The notes: generated by a model from the sequence alone, not told the origin. A stretch of 23,194 bases of DNA from Chthoniobacteraceae bacterium (GCA_037190965.1 JBBCKI010000016.1:1-23194), one strand, 5' to 3'; positions 7,524 through 18,558 are shown, numbered from the stretch's first letter. Translations and numbers: made by a program.

Positions 7524-8309
7524 ATGAACTCGCTATCCAACCTTCCCGGCAATCCGTTTGCCGCTCTCCGCAACGACAACCGCGCACCGGATCAGCTTCG
7601 CCCGATCACCTTCACGCCGCATTTCGCCCCGCACGCCACCGGCTCCGTCCTGGTTGCGGCAGGAAATACCCGGGTCATCTGCTCCGCGATGATTACGCCC
7701 GAAATCCCTCGCTGGATGAAGGAACAGAAAGTGCCCGGCGGCTGGCTTACGGCGGAATACTCGATGCTCCCCTACTCCACGCTCGACCGGAAGGCCCGCG
7801 ATATTTCCCGGGGCAAGATCGACGGCCGATCCTCGGAAATCCAGCGTCTGATCGGGCGCGCCCTCCGGGCTTCGGTGGACCTTTGCGCCATGGGGCCAAA
7901 TACCCTGTGGGTCGATTGTGACGTCCTCCAGGCGGACGGCGGCACGCGCACCGCGTCAATCACGGGGGCCTGCGTCGCCGCAGCGCTGGCATTCGAAAGG
8001 CTAATTCTGGAAAAGAAACTGCAAAGATCGCCCCTCAAGTCGCTCGTGGCGGCCGTGAGCACCGGGGTGGTCGGAGGGGTGCCGATGCTTGACCTGAACT
8101 ACCTCGAAGACAAGGACGCCAGCGTCGATATGAACCTCGTGATGACCGAGCAGATGCAGTTCGTGGAGGTGCAGGGCTCCGGCGAGGAGGCATCCTTCAG
8201 CGATACGGAACTCGAAGCGATGCTTGGATTGGGCCGCAAGGGCATTCGGGAACTCCTCAACGCCCAGAGAAACGCCATCGAGGCGGGTCGCGCGGCCCTC
8301 CAGGGTTAA
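7524..8309 (+). CDS. rph: Ribonuclease PH
   Basis: GWLTAEYSMLP, GRSSEIQRLIGRALR, DCDVLQADGGTRTASITG and LDLNYLED. ATG at 7524. Confidence 0.97.
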   Translation: MNSLSNLPGNPFAALRNDNRAPDQLRPITFTPHFAPHATGSVLVAAGNTRVICSAMITPEIPRWMKEQKVPGGWLTAEYSMLPYSTLDRKARDISRGKIDGRSSEIQRLIGRALRASVDLCAMGPNTLWVDCDVLQADGGTRTASITGACVAAALAFERLILEKKLQRSPLKSLVAAVSTGVVGGVPMLDLNYLEDKDASVDMNLVMTEQMQFVEVQGSGEEASFSDTELEAMLGLGRKGIRELLNAQRNAIEAGRAALQG

Positions 8310-8459
8310 AATTTATCAAATTTCCAACAATCGAACTTTCCAAGAGACGAAAAACTGGAATATAAGCTGACTCAAGGGTGTTCAGGCCCACCTTATCGCC
8401 CTGCCGGAAAGGCAGGGAACAGAACTCAGGCGGAAAACGGTGAAAACCGGAAAAACCAC

Positions 8460-8488
8460 TTGACCGTTCCACGAACTACCGACACCTT
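8460..8488 (+). promoter_or_regulatory. Putative rpmB promoter TTGACC-17-CACCTT
   Basis: Near-consensus -35, 17-nt spacer, degenerate -10, 30 nt upstream of the ATG. Confidence 0.4.
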
Positions 8489-8518
8489 TAGCGCCCTTTA
8501 CAGAGTAGAAAACCGTTT

Positions 8519-8782
8519 ATGTCACGAATTTGCAGCATCACAGGAGCCGGCGTTACCCGCGGCAGCGTTATTCACCGGCGTGGTATGGCCAAGAAGAAGG
8601 GTGGCGTAGGCCGTCACGTCACGAAGAACGTGCCGCGTACCTTCTCCCCGAACCTGAAGACCAAGCGCCTCTGGGTGCCGGAGCTCGACGGGTTTGTCGT
8701 CATCAAACTTTCCACGCGTGCTCTTAAGACCGTCGCCAAAAACGGTGCTTACGCCACGCTCAAGAAAGCGGGTCTGCTCTAA
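8519..8782 (+). CDS. rpmB: 50S ribosomal protein L28
   Basis: MSRICSITG...HRRGMAKKKGGVGRHVTK...RTFSPNL...STRALKT. Confidence 0.95.
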   Translation: MSRICSITGAGVTRGSVIHRRGMAKKKGGVGRHVTKNVPRTFSPNLKTKRLWVPELDGFVVIKLSTRALKTVAKNGAYATLKKAGLL

Positions 8783-8839
8783 GGATTCTTTCCAAGGAAG
8801 CCCTAAACCCTCCAAACCACCAAACCAGAAAGACTGATT

Positions 8840-9046
8840 ATGGCATATAGCGTAAAAAGCGCCAAAAGCGGCAAAGAATACTTCCTCCACGAGCGGAAAC
8901 AGCAGCTCAAGGGCGGACAGCAGGTCACTCTTTATTATTTCGCCGGTGCAGTCGGTGAGTGTGCCATCAACGCGCTCCCAGAGGGCTACGAGGTTTCTGA
9001 AAACAGCAACACCGGCCTGCCTTTGCTGAAGAAAAAGAAGAAGTAA
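8840..9046 (+). CDS. Small basic hypothetical protein (68 aa)
   Basis: ATG-started ORF YFLH...QLKGGQQVTLYYF...LPEGYEVSENSNTGLPLLKK. It lies downstream of rpmB and just before a strong terminator. Confidence 0.8.
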   Translation: MAYSVKSAKSGKEYFLHERKQQLKGGQQVTLYYFAGAVGECAINALPEGYEVSENSNTGLPLLKKKKK

Positions 9047-9065
9047 GTTACTTCGATTCGTTTTT

Positions 9066-9105
9066 CAAAAAACCGGCGTCATCTTCTGGATGCGCCGGTT
9101 TTTTG
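9066..9105. terminator. Bidirectional intrinsic terminator
   Basis: caaaaaaccggcg/cgccggttttttg stem with A6 and T6 tails, between convergent genes. Confidence 0.85.
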
Positions 9106-9136
9106 TTGGCTTTTGGTGATCCCGCGTGTGGGTCGG

Positions 9137-9220
9137 GGCGTCGCGGAGCCCCGCCCTCCGCCGGAGGGGACTGCCACGTAGCGCATTCATTCTTCACGGA
9201 GGGCGGAGCCCTGCGACGCC
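9137..9220. repeat. REP-like inverted doublet (24-bp arms)
   Basis: ggcgtcgcggagccccgccctccg (9137-9160) versus cggagggcggagccctgcgacgcc (9197-9220), 21 of 24 complementary. Confidence 0.7.
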
Positions 9221-9241
9221 GCCCCCCGTCGTCGCAAGGCC

Positions 9242-10228
9242 CTAACAGCCCTGCAACTTCATCATGAACCGGAAAATGCGGTCGGCGTTGCCGGGCAACC
9301 CTTCATGACCGAAATCCGGATAGATCGCCAACTCCTTGGGCGCGGTAATCTTGTTGTAGGCCGCAAATTGGGTGGAAGGCGGGCAGACCGTGTCCATCAA
9401 GCCGACAGACATCAGCGTATGGGCCTTGATGCGAGGCGCCAGGTGCTGAATATCGATATACCCGAGCCGGGTGAAGATCTCTTCCTCACGTTCATGCAGC
9501 GGGTCGAACAGTCGGAAAAAAGTGCGCAATTCCTGGTAGGCATCCTTGGCGAGATCCATTTCCCAGACCCTCCGGTAGTCGCACAGGAACGGGTAGACCG
9601 AGGAAGCCAGGGCGATGCGCGGCTCCAGCGCAGCACATGCCAGCGTGAGCGCCCCGCCTTGGGAGCCGCCGTTCGCCGCGACACGCGTGGCGTCAACCTC
9701 GGGAAACCCGATCACGATCCGCGCGAGCAGCGCGGTATCGAGAAAGATGTACCTGAAGAGGAGATTCTTCGGGTTGGGATCCTCCAACCCCCGGATGATA
9801 TGCCCGTGATGCGTGTTCCCTTGGACCTGTAGATTGTCTTCGCTCCGCCCACCCTGCCCCCGGCAGTCGAGCACCGCCACGCAGAATCCCTCGGCCACAT
9901 AGTTCAGCCATGGCGCCCAGTCGCCTGCATTTCCCGAATAGCCGTGAAAAACGACGATCGCGGGCGCCGGACCATCAGCCTCCAGCCGCGCCTTTGACGG
10001 CCGAAGATACTTTGCGTGAACCCGGGCTCCGCCAATGCCGGTGAACCAGAGATCGTAGCATTCGGCGCTGCGAAGCGGCAGGGTCTCATTACGCACCAGT
10101 TCGACCCGGGGGTCGTGCGCGTCGAGTTCACGAAGCGATTCATCCCAGTAGGCGTCGAAATCGGCCGGGCGGGGATTTATCCCTTGGTATTGATGAAGTT
10201 CGGCGAGGGGTTTATCAATTGCAGGCAT
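9242..10228 (-). CDS. Acetylxylan esterase / cephalosporin-C deacetylase (CE7)
   Basis: PADFDAYW, FHGY, DCRGQGG (CE7 RGQ motif), GGSQGG, GLMDTVCPPSTQFAAYN and GHE. Confidence 0.93.
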   Translation of the reverse strand: MPAIDKPLAELHQYQGINPRPADFDAYWDESLRELDAHDPRVELVRNETLPLRSAECYDLWFTGIGGARVHAKYLRPSKARLEADGPAPAIVVFHGYSGNAGDWAPWLNYVAEGFCVAVLDCRGQGGRSEDNLQVQGNTHHGHIIRGLEDPNPKNLLFRYIFLDTALLARIVIGFPEVDATRVAANGGSQGGALTLACAALEPRIALASSVYPFLCDYRRVWEMDLAKDAYQELRTFFRLFDPLHEREEEIFTRLGYIDIQHLAPRIKAHTLMSVGLMDTVCPPSTQFAAYNKITAPKELAIYPDFGHEGLPGNADRIFRFMMKLQGC

Positions 10229-10292
10229 AACGTTTAACGATCAAAGATGCAGAGAGAAACAAATTCCTCAGGCGTTGCAAGCGTCAAACTGG

Positions 10293-11027
10293 CTATTTTA
10301 AGGCCGCCCAGACGCGATGCACGTCGTCATGGTCGTCGAGTTCCTGGAGGAACTCTCCCGCCTCGGCCCGCTGCTCCTCGGTGAGAGTCGGAAAATTCTT
10401 GGCGATGTAGCCAAACTCGCTGGTCACCACGGTCCAGCCGTTGGCGGCGAGCCATTGGGAGACGGCGTGAACGGCGGTGCGTTCGGTGAGAAACCGCGCT
10501 CCGGTGGCATCGGCGGGAATATCGTCGTTCTGGTCGTGCCCCAGCGGTTCAACCTCATTCGCGCCGGCTTCGATGGCGACTTCTTCAAGATCGATCGAAG
10601 CGTCGGCCGGGCGATGGGCTTCCACGAGCCCGACATGGTCGAAGAGAAATTTATTGCTGCCCGGGCCGCCGAGCTGCCCTTTTTTGAAAAGAACGCGCAA
10701 CTCCGGAGCCGTTCGGTTGTTATTGTCGGTAAGCACTTCCACGATCACGGGGACTTTGTGCGGCGCGTAGCCTTCGAAAACGACATGCTCCAACACCATC
10801 TTTTCATCACCGATCCCCGCCCCTTTCTTGATGGCGCGTTCAATCGCATCGCGCGAAACGCTTTCGCGTCGCGCCTTGTCACAGGCGGCAGCAAGACGAG
10901 CGTTGGTCTCCGCGTCCGCGCCGCCCAACTTGGCTGCGACCATGATCTCCTTGACTAGTTTGCCCGTGGCCTGCGCTTTTTTAAGCGAGGCGACGGCTCG
11001 TTTGGCGTGTAACCATTGACGTCCCAT
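10293..11027 (-). CDS. yebC: YebC/PmpR/TACO1 family protein
   Basis: MGRQW..., KEIMVAAKLGG.D.ETNARL, IERAIKK, FEGYAPHKV, TDNNNRT and DHDDVHRVW. ATG at 11027. Confidence 0.92.
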   Translation of the reverse strand: MGRQWLHAKRAVASLKKAQATGKLVKEIMVAAKLGGADAETNARLAAACDKARRESVSRDAIERAIKKGAGIGDEKMVLEHVVFEGYAPHKVPVIVEVLTDNNNRTAPELRVLFKKGQLGGPGSNKFLFDHVGLVEAHRPADASIDLEEVAIEAGANEVEPLGHDQNDDIPADATGARFLTERTAVHAVSQWLAANGWTVVTSEFGYIAKNFPTLTEEQRAEAGEFLQELDDHDDVHRVWAALK

Positions 11028-11167
11028 AAATTGACTGAAAGCTGTAACCACATCGCCTTCGAGTTTCAAGTTGATGCGACTGCCGGGCGCGTAAATTTGA
11101 CTTCCCGGGTAAACCTTATTATTTCCTTAGTCCCCGCGGTCCTTTGCAATTCTTCCCGCCCGTTTTG

Positions 11168-12535
11168 ATGAGTATCCTCCCGTTCCTTGCTGCACTCCTC
11201 GCTCTCTCCGCCGCCGCCTCTGCCGCTCCCCGCAGCGAAGCCCCCAAGCCGGAAGCCTCATCATCCAAACGGGTCATTACTCTGGAAGAAGCCTATGACC
11301 GGACCCTGGCCACGGATCAATCGATCCGCACAGCCTATTACGGCATCCGCCGGGCCAACCTCCAGCCGTGGAGCGCCCTGACGCGTCTGGGCCCCAGTTT
11401 GACGGGCAATGCCAGCTATCAGGGCAGCCAACGCACCAACACTTACGAGTCTCTTGGGCTCGACGGCCCGGAGACGATCACCACGCGGGAAAATACCCAT
11501 GCGCGTTACGCCGGTTTTACGCTCGTGCAGCCATTGTTCGACCCGACGGTGATCCCTGCCTACCACTACGGAAAACTCTCGGCGCAGGCCGCCCGTCTGC
11601 AATACCGCTTTACCATCCGGCAGACCCTCTTCGGGGTGGCACAGGCGTACTACGACGTTCTCAAGCTCCAGAGCATCGTGGAGATCAATCGCCAGACAGT
11701 GGAGCTTGCGAAGGGACAATTGGAGCAGGCAAAGAACCGCTTTGAAGTGGGCGACGTGGCGCGTGTGGACGTGCTCCGGGCGGAGGCCAGCATGGAGGAA
11801 GCCCGCAACAACATGATCCAGGCGCAAGGGCAACTGGAGATGAACCTCGACACGCTCAGCAACATTCTCAACCTCGGCGGGAAGACCGATTTCACCCTCG
11901 CGGAACCGCCGCGCGCGTCCGATCCGGAAACGACTGTGGAAAAAGCGCTGGCGCAAGCCTTTGCAAAACGGGAGGACTACGAGATCAGCGCGATCGCCGT
12001 GGAGCAGGAGAAGACGCGCCGACAGGAGATCATCGCGAGCTACGCCCCCCGCCTGAGCGCCCAGGCCAGCACCCAGTGGACCAGCAACTCCGGGGCTGGC
12101 TCGGGCCGCACGCAGGTCAACACCGGCGTCCTGAGCGTCCAGATGCCGTTCCTAACCGGCGGACAGCGGGAGATTGACCTCCGCGCGTCGCGTTATCACA
12201 TCGCCGAATCCAAGCTTAACCTGGAAACGGCGGGAAAAGCCATCGAGACCGATGTGAAGTATGCGTGGATTGCGGTCCGGACAGCACGCGAGGCGATCGA
12301 AGCTTTGCAGGCCGGTCTGGAGGCCGCCACCAAGAATTACGAGGATGTGCAGAGCTTTTACGATTCGGGCGCTTCAACCAGCCTCGACGTGCAAGTGGCA
12401 TTGCGTGAATTGAATAATTCCCGCACTCTGCTCACCAACGAGCTTTACAACTACCAGATTGCGCTGCGCGATCTCCAACGCGCCCAGGCGCTCTTTGAAG
12501 ATTCGCGGGTGCAGAAAAAGTCGACCCCCAAGTAA
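11168..12535 (+). CDS. TolC-family outer-membrane efflux protein
   Basis: Signal peptide, ITLEEA, VAQAYYDVL, RFEVGDVARVDVLRAE, and a second repeat FYDSGASTSLDV. ATG at 11168. Confidence 0.9.
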   Translation: MSILPFLAALLALSAAASAAPRSEAPKPEASSSKRVITLEEAYDRTLATDQSIRTAYYGIRRANLQPWSALTRLGPSLTGNASYQGSQRTNTYESLGLDGPETITTRENTHARYAGFTLVQPLFDPTVIPAYHYGKLSAQAARLQYRFTIRQTLFGVAQAYYDVLKLQSIVEINRQTVELAKGQLEQAKNRFEVGDVARVDVLRAEASMEEARNNMIQAQGQLEMNLDTLSNILNLGGKTDFTLAEPPRASDPETTVEKALAQAFAKREDYEISAIAVEQEKTRRQEIIASYAPRLSAQASTQWTSNSGAGSGRTQVNTGVLSVQMPFLTGGQREIDLRASRYHIAESKLNLETAGKAIETDVKYAWIAVRTAREAIEALQAGLEAATKNYEDVQSFYDSGASTSLDVQVALRELNNSRTLLTNELYNYQIALRDLQRAQALFEDSRVQKKSTPK

Positions 12536-12557
12536 ATTTTCCAATCCTTTTTTACCG

Positions 12558-13814
12558 ATGCGACGCTCCCCTGCCCATTCCGGGCTTGCACTGACTCTCC
12601 TGCTCCTTTGCCTCGTCCTCGCGGCCGCTGCCGGCGGCTGGTGGTACTGGAAGATCCGCGATGCGAATCCCGTCAGCTACCAGACGCTCGCCATCACGAC
12701 CGGCGACATCACTCAGATCGTCACCGCGACAGGAACGCTGAACCCGGTCGTCAACGTCCAGGTCGGCAGCCAGATTTCCGGAAACATCCAAAAACTCTAT
12801 GCCGACTTCAATACCCCGGTAAAGGCCGGGCAGATCGTCGCCCAGATGGATCCCGCCACCTACAAGGCGGCGCTGATGCAGGCGGAGGGCGAACTCGCCA
12901 ACGCCAAGGCGAACCTGGCGTTGGCGCGGATCAACGAAAAACGGGCCAGGGAGCTTGACGCACGCAAGGCGGCTCCCCAGGCGAGCCTGGACCAGGCCGT
13001 CGCCACGCTCCAGCAAGCGGAAGCGCAGGTGATGATCCGGGAGGGGGCGCTGCAACGCTCGCGGGTCGATCTGGCTCGCTGCACGATTTACTCCCCGGTG
13101 GATGGCATCGTCATCTCCCGTGATGTCGATGTCGGCCAGACCGTCGCCGCGAATTTCTCCGCGCCGGTCATCTTCACCATCGCCAATGACCTCACCAAAA
13201 TGCAGATCAACGCCAGCGTCGCCGAAGCCGACGTGGGCAATGTGGAAGAGGGGCAGGACGTCACCTTCACCGTGGATGCCTTTCCCACCCGGACGTTTCA
13301 CGGCAAGGTGATCCAGGTCCGCAACGCGGCGACCACCGTGCAGAATGTGGTAACCTACGATGCCATCATCACCGTTAATAACGACGATCTGAAGCTCAAG
13401 CCCGGCATGACGGCGAACGCTTCCATCATCATCGCGCAACGTGAAGATGCGCTGCGGATCGGAGCGGCGGGGCTTCGTTTCAGGATGCCTGAACTTGAAA
13501 CGCCATCCCCCTCCCCCAGCCCTGTCGCAACCAGCGACGCCGCACCCCGGGGCGAAAAGGGACGCCGGGGGCGCCGTGGCCGGAAACCTGAGCACCATAA
13601 CATTCGAGCGGTCCAGATCCTCAGGAACAACAAGCCGGAACCGGTTGAAATCAAAACCGGTATCAGCGACGGCATCTTCACCGAAGTTCTCGAGGGACTC
13701 AAGGAAGGCGATCTTGTCATTACCGGCATGACCGGCGGCCCGAAGGCGTCCACCGCCGCGGGCGGAGCGGCGCCCAATCCATTCACCGGCGGCGGGATGC
13801 GGCGGAGATTTTAG
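12558..13814 (+). CDS. MacA-like periplasmic adaptor (membrane fusion protein)
   Basis: N-terminal TM, VTATGTLNP, VGSQISG, IYSPVDGIV, VGQTVAA, VAEADVG, LKPGMTA and EGLKEGD. ATG at 12558. Confidence 0.93.
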   Translation: MRRSPAHSGLALTLLLLCLVLAAAAGGWWYWKIRDANPVSYQTLAITTGDITQIVTATGTLNPVVNVQVGSQISGNIQKLYADFNTPVKAGQIVAQMDPATYKAALMQAEGELANAKANLALARINEKRARELDARKAAPQASLDQAVATLQQAEAQVMIREGALQRSRVDLARCTIYSPVDGIVISRDVDVGQTVAANFSAPVIFTIANDLTKMQINASVAEADVGNVEEGQDVTFTVDAFPTRTFHGKVIQVRNAATTVQNVVTYDAIITVNNDDLKLKPGMTANASIIIAQREDALRIGAAGLRFRMPELETPSPSPSPVATSDAAPRGEKGRRGRRGRKPEHHNIRAVQILRNNKPEPVEIKTGISDGIFTEVLEGLKEGDLVITGMTGGPKASTAAGGAAPNPFTGGGMRRRF

Positions 13815-13975
13815 TCCCTTGTAACAGATAAAATGATACATCTAGCTTGTCTTTTTGGCCCAGGGCTGCGTTGTCAGCCCAAGGTGCTATCTTCAGATAG
13901 CACCTCGGGCTTCCGCCTTGCCCTGAACCAAAAATCCGGCGCTATCTGCGCCATTTTCCTTGTTACAAGGGACTA
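13812..13975. mobile_element. 160-bp MITE with TA target duplication, inserted in the macA-like stop codon
   Basis: TA-gtcccttgtaaca (13812-13826) ... tgttacaagggac-TA (13961-13975), perfect 13-bp TIRs. Nested internal stems at 13852-13866/13920-13934 and 13876-13892/13895-13911. Confidence 0.9.
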
Positions 13976-13978
13976 GCG

Positions 13979-14724
13979 ATGGAAACCGTCATCGAATTGG
14001 ACGGGATCCAAAAGATCTACCGCACCGGCGGCGTGGAGGTTCACGCCGTGCGTGGCGTTTCCCTGAAAATCGTCAAGGGGGAGTTCGTCGCCTTCATGGG
14101 TGCGAGCGGCTCGGGGAAGTCGACCATCATGAATCTTTTGGGGTGTCTCGACCGACCTACGCACGGGCGTTACCTGCTGGATGGCGTGGACGTTTCCCGG
14201 CTCGACCGCGACGAGCTTGCCACCATTCGCAACCGGAAGCTTGGGTTCGTCTTCCAGAGTTTCAACCTCCTCTCCCGCACCTCCGCACTGGAGAATGTGG
14301 AGCTCCCCCTCCTCTACTCCGAGCGGCACCTACCGCCGCGCGAGATCCGGGCCAAGGCGGAACAGGCGCTCTCGCTGGTGGGGCTGGCGGCCCGGGCAGG
14401 CCATCACCCCAACGAACTCTCCGGCGGTCAACAACAGCGCGTGGCGATTGCGCGCGCGCTCATCAACGACCCCGAGGTTCTCCTGGCCGACGAGCCGACC
14501 GGAAACCTCGACAGCCGTACGAGCGTGGAGATCATGGGCGTTTTTCAGCGCCTCAACGATCAGGGCATCACCGTCATCATGGTCACGCACGAGCCCGATA
14601 TCGCCGCCTATACCAAGCGGAACATCGTCATGCGTGACGGCAACGTCCTGACGGACCTCCCCGTCACCAACCGCACTCTCGCCTCCGGCCAGGAACCGCC
14701 GGTTGCCCCCCTCGCCGTGGAATC

Positions 14725-14728
<4 letters not shown>
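13979..14728 (+). CDS. ABC transporter ATP-binding protein (MacB/LolD-type)
   Basis: Walker [45 protein letters not shown] and VTH. Confidence 0.96.
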
Positions 14729-15942
<1,214 letters not shown>

Positions 15943-16037
15943 AAGAGGAGGGGAAGCGTCGCAATCCGGCGTTTGATTCCGTGATCGCGACGCGGCCCCC
16001 CTGGCCAAATCTGGGTTTAACCTGATCGGAGTTCGGG

Positions 16038-16223
16038 TTAAATTTCCGAGATTATTTTCCGGATTTGGTCCTTTGTTTGACCAAGTCTCTTTTGCAACCG
16101 CCCAAGCAGTTGATCATCCTCGCCTTCGATGTAAACAAGATCATCGTCCGTCAAATCACCATAGGCCTTTTTGAGGCGGCCTTTGACGTCGTTCCAGGAA
16201 CCTTTGAAAATTAACGTATTCAT
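16038..16223 (-). CDS. csbD: CsbD/YjbJ family general stress protein
   Basis: KGSWNDVKGRLKKAYGDLTDDDL...EG...DQLLGRLQKRLG. Confidence 0.92.
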   Translation of the reverse strand: MNTLIFKGSWNDVKGRLKKAYGDLTDDDLVYIEGEDDQLLGRLQKRLGQTKDQIRKIISEI

Positions 16224-16254
16224 AATAGTATTTAGTATTCTTCAGTTATTGGGG

Positions 16255-18558
16255 TTAAGCGGCGCAGATTTTCTGCTTTCGACTATATCTGATCATAAAG
16301 CGGCTCATTTCGGCATGTGAGAGATGGAATGCCAGGCTGGACTCCGCACCCTGATTCTCATTCGGCCGATCCTGCAAAAGAGCATCGTAACATCCGCCTG
16401 TCACGGAATCGTAGAGAGCCTCTCCGAGGTCGTTCTCCCCCAGGAACCACCTAAAACAGCGTTGTGCGGCGCAGCGCCAGAAATCGTCGGCGGTTACGTT
16501 GAAGGCTTCAAGGCAGGCGGAAACCATCGCATGCGCTTCGAGGGGCTGCTGATCGAAACGGGCAGGCTCCTCCCCCCGAGTCCAGAAACCATGGCAGCCA
16601 ATCGGCGCGAAGTGCCCTCCGACGGTTTGTGATTTCAACAGCCACCGAAGCGAAGACAAGCCGACTTCGAGCGCTTCGCTGTTCGACGATTCGGCCCCCG
16701 TTGAGATCAACGCATGACAGAGCTTGGCGTTATCATAGGCGACTGACGGTTCAAACCAGTCCCACCCCTCCGAGGAATGAACGCGGTGGCATTCCAGCAG
16801 TCGACCGGTAAAGACTTCCCGCATATGGGTCACGTACCGATCTCCGGCAAAGGGCCGTAAATACTCATGGATCGCAAGGAGCGCAAAAGCCCATGCGCGG
16901 GGCGATGTAAACTGATCGACGGTGGGCAGTCCCCGTTGAAAGAGGCTGGCGGCAATGTTGCGTTGCCCCTCGTCATTCGACCGGCCGAGGGCAACACCCA
17001 TTGCCCATAACGCCCGGGCATGGCTATCCTCCGATCCCGCCCGCTCCTGCCAATGCCGGTCATGGCTCATGAAGTTCCTGAAGCGCCTTGTCTCCGGATT
17101 GAATGCATTCCAAAGGAAAGCGAGGTAAGTGCTCGCCAAGCGCGCAAGCATCCACGGAGAGCCATTGGTCTCCGCATTTTTCTCATTTTCCTGAAGCAGG
17201 AGCATCAAAATGAAGGCGCGCGCATTGTCATCGGTGCAATAGCCCTCGGCGTAGTTTGGAATATGGTAGATGGCGTGCTGAAAAATTCCGGTATTGTCGG
17301 TCATCCTGTTCAGGTGCTCCAGATTGAGCGGCGGCAACTGCAAGAACTGCGTTTCTTCTACTGGTGCGGTAAAAGCCACGCTTCTCTCCTGCATGCCTGC
17401 CCCCGTGCGTGCGCGCTCAAAACTCTCCATGAATCGCCGGGCCACGACGGGCCAGATCATTTCCCGTCCCAATTCCCAAGAGTGTTTTCGGGTGGCGGCC
17501 ATCAAGCCAGGATTGGATAGGAAGCGATTCACCCCATCTGCAATCGCCTGGAAATCGGCAAACGGGACAAGAATCCCCCGTTCCTCATCAAGCAATTGCT
17601 TTGCGTGCCAATAAGGGGTGGAGATCACGGCTTTCCCGGCGCCAAATGAATAGGCCAGCGTTCCCGAGGTGATCTGCGCCTCATTCAAATAAGGCGTGAT
17701 ATAGATATCAGCCGCGCCGATGAATTCCATCAACTCCGCCTTGGTGACAAAGCGGTTATGAAAAACGACGTAATCCGTCAGGTTGAGGTCAGCAACCATC
17801 CGCTCCAATCTCCTTCGGTACGCCTCTCCTTCAGCAACCAGCAGGTTCGGGTGTGTGGCCCCTACGATCAGATAAACGACGTTCGGATTCTTTTCGATAA
17901 TGGCAGGCAACGCAGCAATCGCATACTCGATCCCTTTATTGGGGGAGAGCAATCCGAAGGTCAGGAGAACCGTTTTTCCGACCGCATTAAACTGGTCTTT
18001 ATAAAACGTAGGATCGATGAAGGGGATGTCGATGACCCCGTGGGGGATGACATCGACTTTATCCGGCGATATTTTGTAAGTACGCTCCAACAGCGTTCGC
18101 CCATGCTCCGTCATTACGATGAAGCGATTGGAGAGGGCGTCGAGCTGCATCATGACCGACCGTTGATCGTGGGACGGTTCGCTGAGTACGGTATGAAGCG
18201 TTGTGACCACCGGCATTCTCACCGCCCGCAAAAGCGCGAGGAGATGGCTTCCGGCGGCGCCTCCATAGATTCCGAACTCGTGCTGAACAGACAACACCTC
18301 CACCCGGTTGATATTCAGAAAGTCCGCAGCTCGCGCATAGGAGTCGATATCGGATTCGGTAATCTCAAACCGTACAGGAGAAGGGTAATCGTACCCTTCC
18401 TTGCGATCATTGACAGCGGCCACCAAACACTGGGAATCCGGGAACTCCGAGGTGATGGACTCGCAGATATCCGCGGTGAACGTGGCGATTCCGCAACGGC
18501 GCGGAAGAAAATCGCCGATGAATGCAATGCTGCGGGTACGAAAAGAAGAATGTTCCAT
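16255..18558 (-). CDS. GT4 glycosyltransferase fused to a C-terminal glycoside-hydrolase-like (probably (alpha/alpha)6) domain
   Basis: N-terminal PRRCGIATF, QHEFGIYGG, FGLLSPNKGIE, QITSGTLAY and AVISTPY. C-terminal TDNTGIFQHA, GYCTDDNARA, SEDSHARALWA, YDNAKL, FDQQPLEA and NQGAES. Confidence 0.9.
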   Translation of the reverse strand: MEHSSFRTRSIAFIGDFLPRRCGIATFTADICESITSEFPDSQCLVAAVNDRKEGYDYPSPVRFEITESDIDSYARAADFLNINRVEVLSVQHEFGIYGGAAGSHLLALLRAVRMPVVTTLHTVLSEPSHDQRSVMMQLDALSNRFIVMTEHGRTLLERTYKISPDKVDVIPHGVIDIPFIDPTFYKDQFNAVGKTVLLTFGLLSPNKGIEYAIAALPAIIEKNPNVVYLIVGATHPNLLVAEGEAYRRRLERMVADLNLTDYVVFHNRFVTKAELMEFIGAADIYITPYLNEAQITSGTLAYSFGAGKAVISTPYWHAKQLLDEERGILVPFADFQAIADGVNRFLSNPGLMAATRKHSWELGREMIWPVVARRFMESFERARTGAGMQERSVAFTAPVEETQFLQLPPLNLEHLNRMTDNTGIFQHAIYHIPNYAEGYCTDDNARAFILMLLLQENEKNAETNGSPWMLARLASTYLAFLWNAFNPETRRFRNFMSHDRHWQERAGSEDSHARALWAMGVALGRSNDEGQRNIAASLFQRGLPTVDQFTSPRAWAFALLAIHEYLRPFAGDRYVTHMREVFTGRLLECHRVHSSEGWDWFEPSVAYDNAKLCHALISTGAESSNSEALEVGLSSLRWLLKSQTVGGHFAPIGCHGFWTRGEEPARFDQQPLEAHAMVSACLEAFNVTADDFWRCAAQRCFRWFLGENDLGEALYDSVTGGCYDALLQDRPNENQGAESSLAFHLSHAEMSRFMIRYSRKQKICAA

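Noticed and set aside
11097..11125. TTGACT promoter for the tolC-like operon
   Set aside because: The best -10 (TATTAT) is only 14 nt away and the 17-nt-spaced hexamer (TATTTC) is weak, so it is not supportable.
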